From: Colwellia sp. RE-S-Sl-9 | Lineage (GTDB): Bacteria; Pseudomonadota; Gammaproteobacteria; Enterobacterales; Alteromonadaceae | Assembly: GCA_048296855.1 (NCBI GenBank) | Contig: CP182631.1 | Length of the DNA stretch: 64,000 nucleotides | Strand: one strand, 5' to 3' | In this document: piece after piece, positions 11,028 to 20,326 of the stretch | How the letters are laid out: each line of letters opens with the position of its first letter | Numbering within the stretch: the stretch's first letter is position 1 | Notes under the pieces: model-generated | Told to the model about the DNA's origin: nothing | Databases searched by the model: none | What the model saw: the letters and a program-made list of their open reading frames with translations, nothing else | Made by a program: the position numbers and the translations under genes

Positions 11028-12203
11028 ATGAATTTTTATAGCTCTGAATTTTTAACACAACATAGCCAATCTATTCTTGATTTTTATGACAATAGTGTTG
11101 TTGATCAAACTGGCGGTTATTATCAAAATTTTTATGATAATGGCGAAGTTTTTAATGGGGGTTTTCGCCAATTAGTCAGTAGTACACGTATTATTGTTAA
11201 CTATGCTATGGCAGGAATAGCCTTTAATAAACCAGAATACTTTACGATTGCAAAGCATGGTCTTGATTACCTAGAACAAATACATTGGCAAGAAAAAAGC
11301 CAAACCTATGCATGGACTTTAGAAAATCATCAGCCTCTTGATATGACACAACAAGCCTATGGTTACGCATTTGTTTTATTAGCCTATGCCGCTGCTAAAA
11401 AAGCCAATATTATAACAACCGATGAGCCATTATTAAAAACTTATCAGTTATTAGAGCAACGCTTTTGGCAACCTGAATTTGGTTTATACGCCGATGAAAT
11501 TAACATGCATGGAGAGCTGAATGACTATCGTGGCCAAAATGCCAATATGCATTTATGTGAAGCTATGATTGCCGCTTATGAAGCAACCCATAATAATTTA
11601 TTTTTAGACAGAGCTTTTCTCATTGCTGAAAATATAGCTCAACGTCAAGCAAGTTATACCAATGGTTTAATTTGGGAGCATTATAAAACCGACTTTTCTC
11701 CTGATTGGGAATACAACAAAAATGATCCTAAAAACTTATATCGTCCTTGGGGATTTCAGCCAGGTCATCAAACCGAATGGACAAAGCTATTATTAATGCT
11801 TAACCGTCACAAACCGACTGCTTGGTTAGTTGACACAGCAAAAGTATTATTCGATAAAGCGATGGATGTTGCATGGGATGAAACTCACGGCGGACTTATT
11901 TACGGTTTTGATCCTCAAGGAAATTGGTGCGACGACGACAAATACTTTTGGGTACAAGCAGAAAGCTTTGCCGCTGCCGCCATGTTACATAAAGCAACAG
12001 GTGAAGAAATCTATTTAACTCATTACAATAAACTGTGGCAATATAGCTGGGATCACATGATCGATCATACCTATGGCGCATGGTTTAGAGTGTTAACGCG
12101 TGATAATAAAAAAATGTCTGATGAAAAAAGTAGCGCTGGTGCAAAATGCGACTACCACACGTTAGGCGCTTGTTTAGAAGTATTAAGAACAATAACACCC
12201 TAA
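11028..12203 (+). CDS. AGE-family (N-acylglucosamine 2-epimerase superfamily) sugar isomerase/epimerase, possibly mannose isomerase
   Basis: 391 aa with (alpha/alpha)6 AGE-family sequence features. The start is 16 nt after the PfkB stop, so the two genes are operonic. Confidence 0.65.
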   Translation: MNFYSSEFLTQHSQSILDFYDNSVVDQTGGYYQNFYDNGEVFNGGFRQLVSSTRIIVNYAMAGIAFNKPEYFTIAKHGLDYLEQIHWQEKSQTYAWTLENHQPLDMTQQAYGYAFVLLAYAAAKKANIITTDEPLLKTYQLLEQRFWQPEFGLYADEINMHGELNDYRGQNANMHLCEAMIAAYEATHNNLFLDRAFLIAENIAQRQASYTNGLIWEHYKTDFSPDWEYNKNDPKNLYRPWGFQPGHQTEWTKLLLMLNRHKPTAWLVDTAKVLFDKAMDVAWDETHGGLIYGFDPQGNWCDDDKYFWVQAESFAAAAMLHKATGEEIYLTHYNKLWQYSWDHMIDHTYGAWFRVLTRDNKKMSDEKSSAGAKCDYHTLGACLEVLRTITP

Positions 12204-12216
12204 TGTTAAAAATACT

Positions 12217-12277
12217 TGTTATCTCAATATGCGTGTTACCTAAAGCACGCATATTAATAATTCAGTAGATAACAATA
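12217..12277. promoter_or_regulatory. extended palindrome (TTGTTATC..AATATGCGTG-N10-CACGCATATT..GATAACAA), candidate operator or terminator
   Basis: Perfect 10-bp arms at 12226-12235 and 12246-12255, plus outer 8-bp arms at 12217-12224 and 12270-12277. No T-run follows. Lies between the AGE gene and the ROK regulator gene. Confidence 0.35.
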
Positions 12278-12374
12278 TCTGATTAAACAAAACAAACCAC
12301 CAAAGGTTTTAACTTATTCTAAAAAAGATGTTTTAATAACTGCCTGTTACATAATATAAATTTTGGTTACTTGA

Positions 12375-13532
12375 ATGCTAGCGTACAATGATAAAGGTTT
12401 ACTTAGGTCTGGCTTTACTCTAGGCAAAGGAGATAAGCTTTTTCAACATAATGAGCGTGCAATATTAAAGCACGTTTTTTGGAATAAAAATGTCACCCAA
12501 AGCCAAATAGCAGAAGTGACTAAAATACCACAACAAACCATGTCTCGTATGGTTAAATCTCTTATTGATCTAGGCGCATTAAATCAAACTGATACCATCA
12601 GCTCTTCATCTCGCGGTAAACCAGGTACGAACTTAGAACCTAATCCTAATTACGCATATACCTTTGGTCTTTCTATTTTATTAAATGCAATAGCCATTAC
12701 CGTGATGAACTTTAAAGGTGAAGTGGTAGGTACACAATTAATAGAAATGGAAGACATGAGTATAAAACACGTATTAAAAAACGTGAGTCTATTAATTGAT
12801 GAATTATCGTTAAAGTATGAAATTCCGTATGAACGCATATTAGGTATGGGCGTAGGAATATCAGGATTTTTTAGTTCTATGGATGGAAAAATGAACACTC
12901 ACCATGCATTAGAAGAATGGGCGCAAATTAACATAGCCAAAATAGTAGCAGATACTTTTAACCTACCTACATGGGTAGTGAACGATGGTACAGGCGCTGC
13001 TGCAGGAGAAGGTATTGTAGGAAAAGGCAAAGAATATAAAAACTTTGTTTACTTATTTATTTCTTCGGCTTTTGGTGGTGGGTTAATTAACAATCTCGAT
13101 ATACTAAAAGGCACATATGGTAATGCTGGAGAGATAGGTGACATGCTGCCTCCTAAACTCTATAGCCACCCTAACTTAGAACTATTTCGCCGTATTTTAC
13201 TTAAAAATGGCATTGAGATGCCGTCTATTTATAGCTTAAACGAAACTTACGATCCCCAATGGCCAGGTGTAGATGAATGGATATATAAAGTACAAGACTC
13301 GTTTGATCTAGTTGCAACCTGTAGCTCTGCCCTATTAGATACTCAAGCCATTATTATTGGTGGGCATATCCCGAAACAACTCGCTGAAAAAATAATTCCC
13401 CGCATTGATGTTTATGCTCAGTTTCGTCGCGGAGAAAAAAGACCGCAACCTAAAATTGTATGTGCCGAAGTTGTTACTAACCCTGTAGCTGTAGGTGCTG
13501 CAACACTCCCATTACGTGATTGGTGTTTTTAA
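12375..13532 (+). CDS. ROK-family transcriptional regulator (NagC/Mlc-like)
   Basis: 385 aa with an N-terminal wHTH (QSQIAEVTKIPQQTMSRMVKSL) followed by a ROK sugar-kinase-like domain. Confidence 0.8.
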   Translation: MLAYNDKGLLRSGFTLGKGDKLFQHNERAILKHVFWNKNVTQSQIAEVTKIPQQTMSRMVKSLIDLGALNQTDTISSSSRGKPGTNLEPNPNYAYTFGLSILLNAIAITVMNFKGEVVGTQLIEMEDMSIKHVLKNVSLLIDELSLKYEIPYERILGMGVGISGFFSSMDGKMNTHHALEEWAQINIAKIVADTFNLPTWVVNDGTGAAAGEGIVGKGKEYKNFVYLFISSAFGGGLINNLDILKGTYGNAGEIGDMLPPKLYSHPNLELFRRILLKNGIEMPSIYSLNETYDPQWPGVDEWIYKVQDSFDLVATCSSALLDTQAIIIGGHIPKQLAEKIIPRIDVYAQFRRGEKRPQPKIVCAEVVTNPVAVGAATLPLRDWCF

Positions 13533-13538
13533 GTTAAA

Positions 13539-13555
13539 CAACCCGCATTCGGGTT
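13539..13555. terminator. short hairpin between the convergent ROK and AraC genes
   Basis: AACCCG-catt-CGGGTT, overlapping the AraC stop codon. Weak. Confidence 0.25.
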
Positions 13556-14384
13556 AAATAAGATCAGTTTTCCTAAATAATCCTGGGGGCAAACCAATTG
13601 ATTTTTTGAAACGTTTTGAAAAATTAAAAACATCTTTGTAACCCACTTGTTCCGCTATTTGTTCAATTGACCACGTGGTATTTTTTAATAAATACTTTGC
13701 CCGCTCCATACGTAAAAAGATCAAATGCTGGATAGGACTCCTCGTAAAATGTTTTTGAAATAGTCGATATAAATGTGGCGATGAGTAATGAATAATCTTC
13801 CCCATATCTTCAACAGTCCAATTGAAATGAAGTTTTTTTTCAATATCTCGTATAAGTTGAGCAAGTTTTTGATGATCAGATGCACCTAAAGACTCTGCAC
13901 ATAAGGTTTCGTCTAAATAGTATTCAAGCTGTTTAACTGAAGGCTGTCGTAAAATACTGGAACGTTCGTAATAAATAAAACTTAATATATGAAAAATTTG
14001 CCTACCGCTTTCACACAATGCGACCGAAGGTCTATTCTCACATAACGTTCTCCAATGTAAGCAATCGTTTAAATCAAACCATACCATCGAAAAACTTTCA
14101 CACTGTAACTCTATTAAAAAAGGTTTATGAGCAGGAAGCGTAACTAAATGGCCTTTATCAATGGTTTGTTGACCTTTTTCAGTGTGTAGCTCTAATGAAC
14201 CATCAACAACATAAAAGATGGTATGGCACATAGGATCTGCCCTACCCACACAATACTTACCTGATAAAAATGAAACGCCACACAACTTAATTTCAAGCTT
14301 GTCTAACTCAGGCACTTTATTACACTCAACAAAGCGTTCATTGCATTCTGGGCCAATTTCTAATACATCTAACCATTCGGCCAT
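13554..14384 (-). CDS. AraC/XylS-family transcriptional regulator
   Basis: C-terminal AraC HTH (IEQIAEQVGYKDVFNFSKRFKK...) and an N-terminal cupin-like sensing domain. The start is placed at the Met preceded by AAGGAG; the track ORF extends 7 codons further, to 14405. Confidence 0.8.
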   Translation of the reverse strand: MAEWLDVLEIGPECNERFVECNKVPELDKLEIKLCGVSFLSGKYCVGRADPMCHTIFYVVDGSLELHTEKGQQTIDKGHLVTLPAHKPFLIELQCESFSMVWFDLNDCLHWRTLCENRPSVALCESGRQIFHILSFIYYERSSILRQPSVKQLEYYLDETLCAESLGASDHQKLAQLIRDIEKKLHFNWTVEDMGKIIHYSSPHLYRLFQKHFTRSPIQHLIFLRMERAKYLLKNTTWSIEQIAEQVGYKDVFNFSKRFKKSIGLPPGLFRKTDLI

Positions 14385-14542
14385 ACATGCTCCTTTTTCG
14401 AACAATGATAGTTTTGGATAAATATAAGATAGATTCCCCCATAAAACAATAATCCATTACATATTAAAATAGCATCAGTAGTTAGTTAACCCACTAACAA
14501 GTTTTTACTTAGTAAGATATATTTTTATTTGAGGAGTCACTT

Positions 14543-14839
14543 ATGACCAACATTGAAATCTTAGGATTTACATCAGCATTTTTAACAACATTTTCTTTTC
14601 TTCCTCAAGCAATACAAGTGATAAAAACACGTGATACTGCATCGTTGTCTTTAGCTATGTATAGTATTTTTACGGTAGGTGTTGGTTTTTGGTTAGTATA
14701 TGGAATAATTAAAGAAGACAGTGCCATGATAGTTGCTAACATGATCACTTTTATTTTATCTTCTATAATATTATCAATAAAAGTATATAACGATTTACAG
14801 GTTAAACGTCATACAGAGCCCTTGACTGAATCTATATAA
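14543..14839 (+). CDS. SemiSWEET (PQ-loop/MtN3-like) sugar transporter
   Basis: 98 aa with three TM helices and the conserved 'LPQ' motif in TM1. RBS GAGGAG upstream. Confidence 0.7.
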   Translation: MTNIEILGFTSAFLTTFSFLPQAIQVIKTRDTASLSLAMYSIFTVGVGFWLVYGIIKEDSAMIVANMITFILSSIILSIKVYNDLQVKRHTEPLTESI

Positions 14840-14844
14840 TGATC

Positions 14845-14890
14845 ACAGATTAAGGTAATAACCTTATGTTTATTACCTTAATTAACCCCT
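14845..14890. repeat. hairpin-terminator repeat element, family member D (TTAAGGTAATAA-N8-TTATTACCTTAA)
   Basis: 12-bp perfect stem at 14850-14861 / 14870-14881, followed by 'ATTAACC'. Same core as the elements at 25690, 42835 and 48345. Confidence 0.6.
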
Positions 14891-15255
14891 TCTAACCATA
14901 CTATTCATTTTCTATTCATCACGTACAAGTCACAAAACTAAAAAACTCCCCCACTAAATTTAAGTTATTCATTTTTTGTGCAAATTAAAAAATAGATACT
15001 ATAGTTTTTAATAATTAGGAATAAATAACCTAACGCGGTTTAAAATTTTTTAATAAATTGAAATACGTAATATTCTTTCAACTGATGATCTAACTTGATA
15101 ATTTTTCTTACTTCAAAAAAATTTCGCGTCCGTAGCGGGTCTATTGCAAATAAATTTAACGATGAAGTTAGCAAAATAGTTACTAGAAAACATTTATTAA
15201 ACCGAGCTGAGATTTAATAGTACTAACCTTCTACTATAGTTAATAAGGAATTTAC

Positions 15256-16962
15256 ATGACGATAAAGACTCGCCTAATGGCAATACTTATTGCCATTATC
15301 ATCTTACTACTTGGCGGCATTGCTGCGGAAAACATAGCAAGCCACAAAAATACAATTCAAACAAAAAGTAGTACAACTCGTTACCTTTCCTATCTACTTG
15401 CCGATGAGTTTCGTCAAACATCAATGGATCTTACGAGACTTTGCCGTACTTTCGTCGCAACCGGTAACAATGAATACTGGGAAGCTTACTGGGATATTGT
15501 TAAATGGCGAAATGGTGATATTGAAAGACCTGAATATGTGGATGTAAATTTATACCGAGGAAAAAAGAAAAAACAAAGTGACATCATGAAAGAATTAAAC
15601 TTTTCTCGTGCTGAATTCGCCTTACTAGACGAAGCAAGTAAAAATTCCAATGGATTAATAGAAACAGAAACACAAGCAATGGAATCAATAAAGGCAGGTA
15701 AAATTGTAACAGGCCCATTTAAAGCTTTACCTAACGAAACTGTTAACGATTTTGCATTACGTATCGTTTTTAACAAAGCCTATCATCAAGAAGTAAATAA
15801 TATAATGGCACCTGTCGATAAGTTTTTCTCTAATCTTGATCATCGAACTTCAACTGAATTGAAAAATTCTCAACAGGAAGCTGCTTTTTGGCTAAATATC
15901 AGCTTAAGCATTCGAATACTTATCGCGCTTCTAGTGATCGCATTAATGTTTTTTATCATTCAAACATTATTCAAGCCTCTAAAACACGCTACTTCTGCTA
16001 TGTTAAATATTGGCGAAGGTGATGGTGATTTAAGTAAACGTTTAGATGAAAGTGGTAAAGATGAACTATCTTCTTTGGCTCGTGGTTTCAATTTATTCGC
16101 TAACCATATTCAACAAGTTGTAATAGAACTACGCGACGCTATTAATGATATTTCAGCATCTTCCTCTCAATTAAGTTCTACGGTAACTCAAACTGACCAA
16201 GCAATTTCAGAGCAAAAAAATGGTATCGAAAAATTATTAAAATCTCTAGAAGACATATTACCTGCCGTTCAAGAAATTGCGACAAATGCCTCTCAAGGTG
16301 TTGAGTTAGCAAAAGAATCCAATCACGCTGCAGCAGAAGGATTAAAAGTTGTTGATCAGGCTATCAATAATATTAACTTGTTAGATACCGATATAGAGAA
16401 TGCCTCCGATGTAATAGACACATTAGCAACCGACACAGATAACATTGGCTCGGTATTAGATGTTATACGAGGCATTGCAGACCAAACTAATTTATTGGCA
16501 TTAAACGCCGCGATTGAAGCGGCAAGAGCTGGTGAACAAGGCCGAGGATTTGCCGTTGTCGCTGATGAAGTTCGTACCTTAGCCCAAAGAACCCAAGACT
16601 CTACATCTGAAATTCAATCAATGATTGAAAAGCTACAGGTAGGCGCTAAACAAGCCGTTGAAGTGATGTTAGAAAGTAAAAACCGCACCGCAGCCTGCGT
16701 CAGTAATACAAGAGATACTGGCGATTCACTAGGAAAAATAACAGAGTCTGTCGCATCTATAATGCATATCAATACGCAAATAGCTTCTGCTACTGAAAAG
16801 CAGAACAACACAATAGATGAAATAAAAAGTAATGTAGACAATATTAACCAACATATTGAACAAACAGCTCAAGGCTCAAGAGAAACCGCAAATAATAGTC
16901 AATATACGAGTCAATTATCTGGAAAAATCAAAATACTCGTTGATCAATTTAAAACGTCATAA
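15256..16962 (+). CDS. methyl-accepting chemotaxis protein
   Basis: 568 aa with an N-terminal TM helix, periplasmic sensor domain, second TM helix, HAMP domain and a highly conserved MCP signalling domain ([34 protein letters not shown]). Confidence 0.9.
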   Translation: MTIKTRLMAILIAIIILLLGGIAAENIASHKNTIQTKSSTTRYLSYLLADEFRQTSMDLTRLCRTFVATGNNEYWEAYWDIVKWRNGDIERPEYVDVNLYRGKKKKQSDIMKELNFSRAEFALLDEASKNSNGLIETETQAMESIKAGKIVTGPFKALPNETVNDFALRIVFNKAYHQEVNNIMAPVDKFFSNLDHRTSTELKNSQQEAAFWLNISLSIRILIALLVIALMFFIIQTLFKPLKHATSAMLNIGEGDGDLSKRLDESGKDELSSLARGFNLFANHIQQVVIELRDAINDISASSSQLSSTVTQTDQAISEQKNGIEKLLKSLEDILPAVQEIATNASQGVELAKESNHAAAEGLKVVDQAINNINLLDTDIENASDVIDTLATDTDNIGSVLDVIRGIADQTNLLALNAAIEAARAGEQGRGFAVVADEVRTLAQRTQDSTSEIQSMIEKLQVGAKQAVEVMLESKNRTAACVSNTRDTGDSLGKITESVASIMHINTQIASATEKQNNTIDEIKSNVDNINQHIEQTAQGSRETANNSQYTSQLSGKIKILVDQFKTS

Positions 16963-16983
16963 GCTACAAAACTTAAGCTTTGT

Positions 16984-17016
16984 CCATATCACTTCGAACT
17001 GTTTGAAGTGATATGG
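16984..17016 (+). terminator. hairpin downstream of the MCP gene
   Basis: 12-bp perfect stem CCATATCACTTC / GAAGTGATATGG with a 9-nt loop. No clear U-run. Confidence 0.4.
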
Positions 17017-17229
17017 AGTATCAATAAAGATTGAATCACCTAAAGCAACTTATAAAAATATCTCCACCCTATAATATTCAACGAAAATCAAAAAAACTTC
17101 CTTTCAAAAGTGGCAAAAATTTCAAATGTAACTAAGACTTAGAGTAATACGCATATCAATCACGAAGTGCTTAACAAAAAATTAAAAACAATGAAGTAAT
17201 AGCAGCTAAATTAAGGTCTGCAGATCTAT

Positions 17230-20115
17230 TTGATACAAAATAAAACTGCCAACTACAACGTACATGAACTTATTCCCCTAAAGATAAGTTTATTAGCAAA
17301 TAGCTATAACTCCTTCACGGTAGAATTAGAATTAGGAATGAAAAAGGTTAGTTATTTGAAATCACGCCAACAGTCTATTAAAAGCAACATTCAAAGCGTG
17401 GTGTTAAGAGCATTAATGCTCTGTTTACTATTAGTTTTTATTGCCGTTTTAACTGTTGAGTACCTCAATACAGACACCATCTTTCGCCAAAACATTAAAA
17501 ACATATCATCTTTAGTCGCCAAGTATAGCGCTCCTACTTTGATCTTTGATGATGAACAAGAAGCAAACAATACTTTAAAAATTTTAGAAATAGACGATAG
17601 AATAATAAAAGCTCAAATCAATAAAAAAAATGGACAAACATTAGCTGAAAAAACTTTTTTACCTAAAAAAAACTTACGTAGTGCCTATGTTGTAAACGTA
17701 GATATTATAGAAGACGAAGTAAAATTAGGCGTACTAACATTGTGGGTTGACTTATCTGCTCAGCAATTCAATCTCATCAAAATATTTTTTATTTTACTTT
17801 TATTAAGCTTATTAAGTTTATTTATTGCGTTTATTCTTAGTAAACAACTCCCCTCACCAATTACACTCGCTATTTCAAGTGTTGTTAATATTTTTAAAGA
17901 AATCCGAAAAACACAAAATTTCGGTCGACGAGTTGAAAGTTCCAATATATCGGAAATGAATACCATTATTGATGGTTTAAATGCCATGTTAGAACAACTT
18001 AATAGTAGAGATTATCAACTCCAACGACATAAAGAAAAATTAGAAATAGCGTTAAAAAGTAGTGGCGAAGGTATTTGGGAATTTGATCCTAGATTAAAAA
18101 TAATCACCAGCGATCACACAACTCAACTCATTATAAAAAATACTGAAAACAACACCTTTACCGATAAAAAATCAACACATTACGAACACCATTACATTAC
18201 ATGGTTAAAGCGTTTTTATCGAGAAGATAGAGCAGCCATTTACAACAATATTAAAAATTTACTGCAAGGAAGTATCAGCGGATTTAAAATTGAATGTCGA
18301 ATAAAGCTTACCGAAAACTCTTTTCATTGGGTTAATATTCATGGCTTATTATCTTATGATCAAACAGGTTATCCCGCGAGTATAATAGGTACTATTGTTG
18401 ATGTGCACGAACAAAGAAAAGCACTACAAGAAAGCCAACTACTCTCTGCTATATTTCAACAAACGCAAGATCCTGTTGTTGTTATAAATTCAAATTTTAT
18501 TATTCAAGCAGCTAATAATGCTTTTAGTAAACACACACATATTAAACCTCAAGGACAACACCTAGAGCAATTTTTCGATAAAAAATATCACGACAGATAC
18601 TTTTTTGATCGTATCAAAAATTCAATATTAAAAAAGCAGACTTGGGAAGGAGAGCTGCGCTTTCTAACAGCTAACAAGGAAGAACGACCTATATGGCTAT
18701 CTCTTGTTCCTGTCAGTAAAGGTGAAAATATCAATTATTTAGGAACTTTTTCAAAATTAACTCAACGTCAAAGTATAGAAGATGAATTACGCTATTTAGC
18801 CCACTACGACAGTTTAACCGACCTGCCTAATAGGCGTATGTTTAACGACCGCCTAAATCAATGTTTAAAAGCATCTAAACGAAACAAATATAATTTCGCC
18901 ATTGTTTTTATCGACGTAGATGACTTTAAAAATATTAATGATACTTTAGGTCATAAAGTGGGTGACGAAATATTAATTGCTTTCGCTAAAGCCTTAAAAA
19001 TTCCCTTACGAAATGTTGATACCGTGTCACGCCTAGGTGGAGACGAGTTCGTTGTTTTATTAGAACAATGCGGACTTAGAGAGCAAGTTGCAGCGGTAAC
19101 CGAACGACTATTAGATGAAATATCAAAACCACTTTTACTGCAAGGCCATAAACTTAACCCTACATCAAGTATTGGTGTCGCATACTATCCTGACGACGGA
19201 CGTACTGCTGAAGAGCTCATGATAAATGCTGATTTAGCCATGTATAGAGCTAAAAAAGATAAAAAGTTACCTTATCGTTTTTTCAAAAAAGAATGGGGAA
19301 AAATTGCAGAAAGACAATCAAAGCTCCGTTACGCCCTTGCAACAGCCATTGAGCACAATGAGCTATTTATTACATTACAGCCCAAGTTTGATCTGCAAAC
19401 ACTACAAATAGAATCTGCAGAAGCACTGCTGCGTTGGGTACACCCTGAATATGGTTTTATATCACCAGTAGAATTTATTCCGTTAGCTGAAGATAGTGGT
19501 TTTATTGAAGAGATTGGTAACTGGGTCTTACATCAAGTAGCGGCTATTTTAGAACGTTGGAAAGAAACAAATCTATCTCACATCAGTATTGCTGTTAATG
19601 TTTCAGCAGTTCAGTTTGATGAAGACAAGCTCCTTAAAGAATTAAAAATATTAATAAATTGTTATGATTTCCCTATCGACAAGTTAGAACTAGAATTAAC
19701 TGAATCTATCTTATTAAAATCTGAATCTAAAGCCACTGAAATACTTAATCAGATTAAAAATATGGGTTTTGTTATATCTATTGATGATTTTGGAACAGGT
19801 TATTCATCCCTTCAATATTTAAGTAAGTTCCCTGTGCAAGCACTGAAAATAGATCGTAGCTTTATAATTAATTTTGAAAATGATCCAAGAAATAACACCA
19901 TAGTTAAAGCCATTATAGCTATGGCTCAAGGGCTTGAAATGAAAGTAATCGCTGAAGGCGTAGAAAACCTGAACCAATTGCAGCTGTTGGCCAAAATGGG
20001 AGCCAATATCGGCCAAGGCTATTGGTGTTCAGAGCCTATAAAAATAGTTAAATTTGAAGTATTTGTTCAAGAATGGAGTATAAAAATACTCGATAAAAAT
20101 TTAAAGACTAATTAA
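17230..20115 (+). CDS. membrane sensor diguanylate cyclase/phosphodiesterase (PAS-PAS-GGDEF-EAL)
   Basis: GGDEF motif 'RLGGDEFVVLL' and EAL signatures 'EALLRW' and 'DDFGTGYSSL'. An N-terminal periplasmic loop sits between two TM helices. The start codon is uncertain (TTG at 17230 or ATG at 17338). Confidence 0.8.
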   Translation: MIQNKTANYNVHELIPLKISLLANSYNSFTVELELGMKKVSYLKSRQQSIKSNIQSVVLRALMLCLLLVFIAVLTVEYLNTDTIFRQNIKNISSLVAKYSAPTLIFDDEQEANNTLKILEIDDRIIKAQINKKNGQTLAEKTFLPKKNLRSAYVVNVDIIEDEVKLGVLTLWVDLSAQQFNLIKIFFILLLLSLLSLFIAFILSKQLPSPITLAISSVVNIFKEIRKTQNFGRRVESSNISEMNTIIDGLNAMLEQLNSRDYQLQRHKEKLEIALKSSGEGIWEFDPRLKIITSDHTTQLIIKNTENNTFTDKKSTHYEHHYITWLKRFYREDRAAIYNNIKNLLQGSISGFKIECRIKLTENSFHWVNIHGLLSYDQTGYPASIIGTIVDVHEQRKALQESQLLSAIFQQTQDPVVVINSNFIIQAANNAFSKHTHIKPQGQHLEQFFDKKYHDRYFFDRIKNSILKKQTWEGELRFLTANKEERPIWLSLVPVSKGENINYLGTFSKLTQRQSIEDELRYLAHYDSLTDLPNRRMFNDRLNQCLKASKRNKYNFAIVFIDVDDFKNINDTLGHKVGDEILIAFAKALKIPLRNVDTVSRLGGDEFVVLLEQCGLREQVAAVTERLLDEISKPLLLQGHKLNPTSSIGVAYYPDDGRTAEELMINADLAMYRAKKDKKLPYRFFKKEWGKIAERQSKLRYALATAIEHNELFITLQPKFDLQTLQIESAEALLRWVHPEYGFISPVEFIPLAEDSGFIEEIGNWVLHQVAAILERWKETNLSHISIAVNVSAVQFDEDKLLKELKILINCYDFPIDKLELELTESILLKSESKATEILNQIKNMGFVISIDDFGTGYSSLQYLSKFPVQALKIDRSFIINFENDPRNNTIVKAIIAMAQGLEMKVIAEGVENLNQLQLLAKMGANIGQGYWCSEPIKIVKFEVFVQEWSIKILDKNLKTN

Positions 20116-20179
20116 GGAATACAACCTTACCTGTGCATTTATTTTCCCTGTTCTAACAATTTTAATACCCGTTACCACA

Positions 20180-20208
20180 AATAATAGCTGTTTTAGCTAT
20201 TATTTTTT
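20180..20208 (+). terminator. intrinsic terminator after the GGDEF-EAL gene
   Basis: AATAATAGCT-gtttt-AGCTATTATT followed by TTTT. Confidence 0.6.
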
Positions 20209-20326
20209 AGCAACATTGTATGAGCAAAATCGTGATATATTTTATATTTAAAGTAACATATTTACAAATAAACAGGTGTTATAGTGAATATAGATTATTT
20301 GACAATAAAAAATAACAAGGTCTTAC

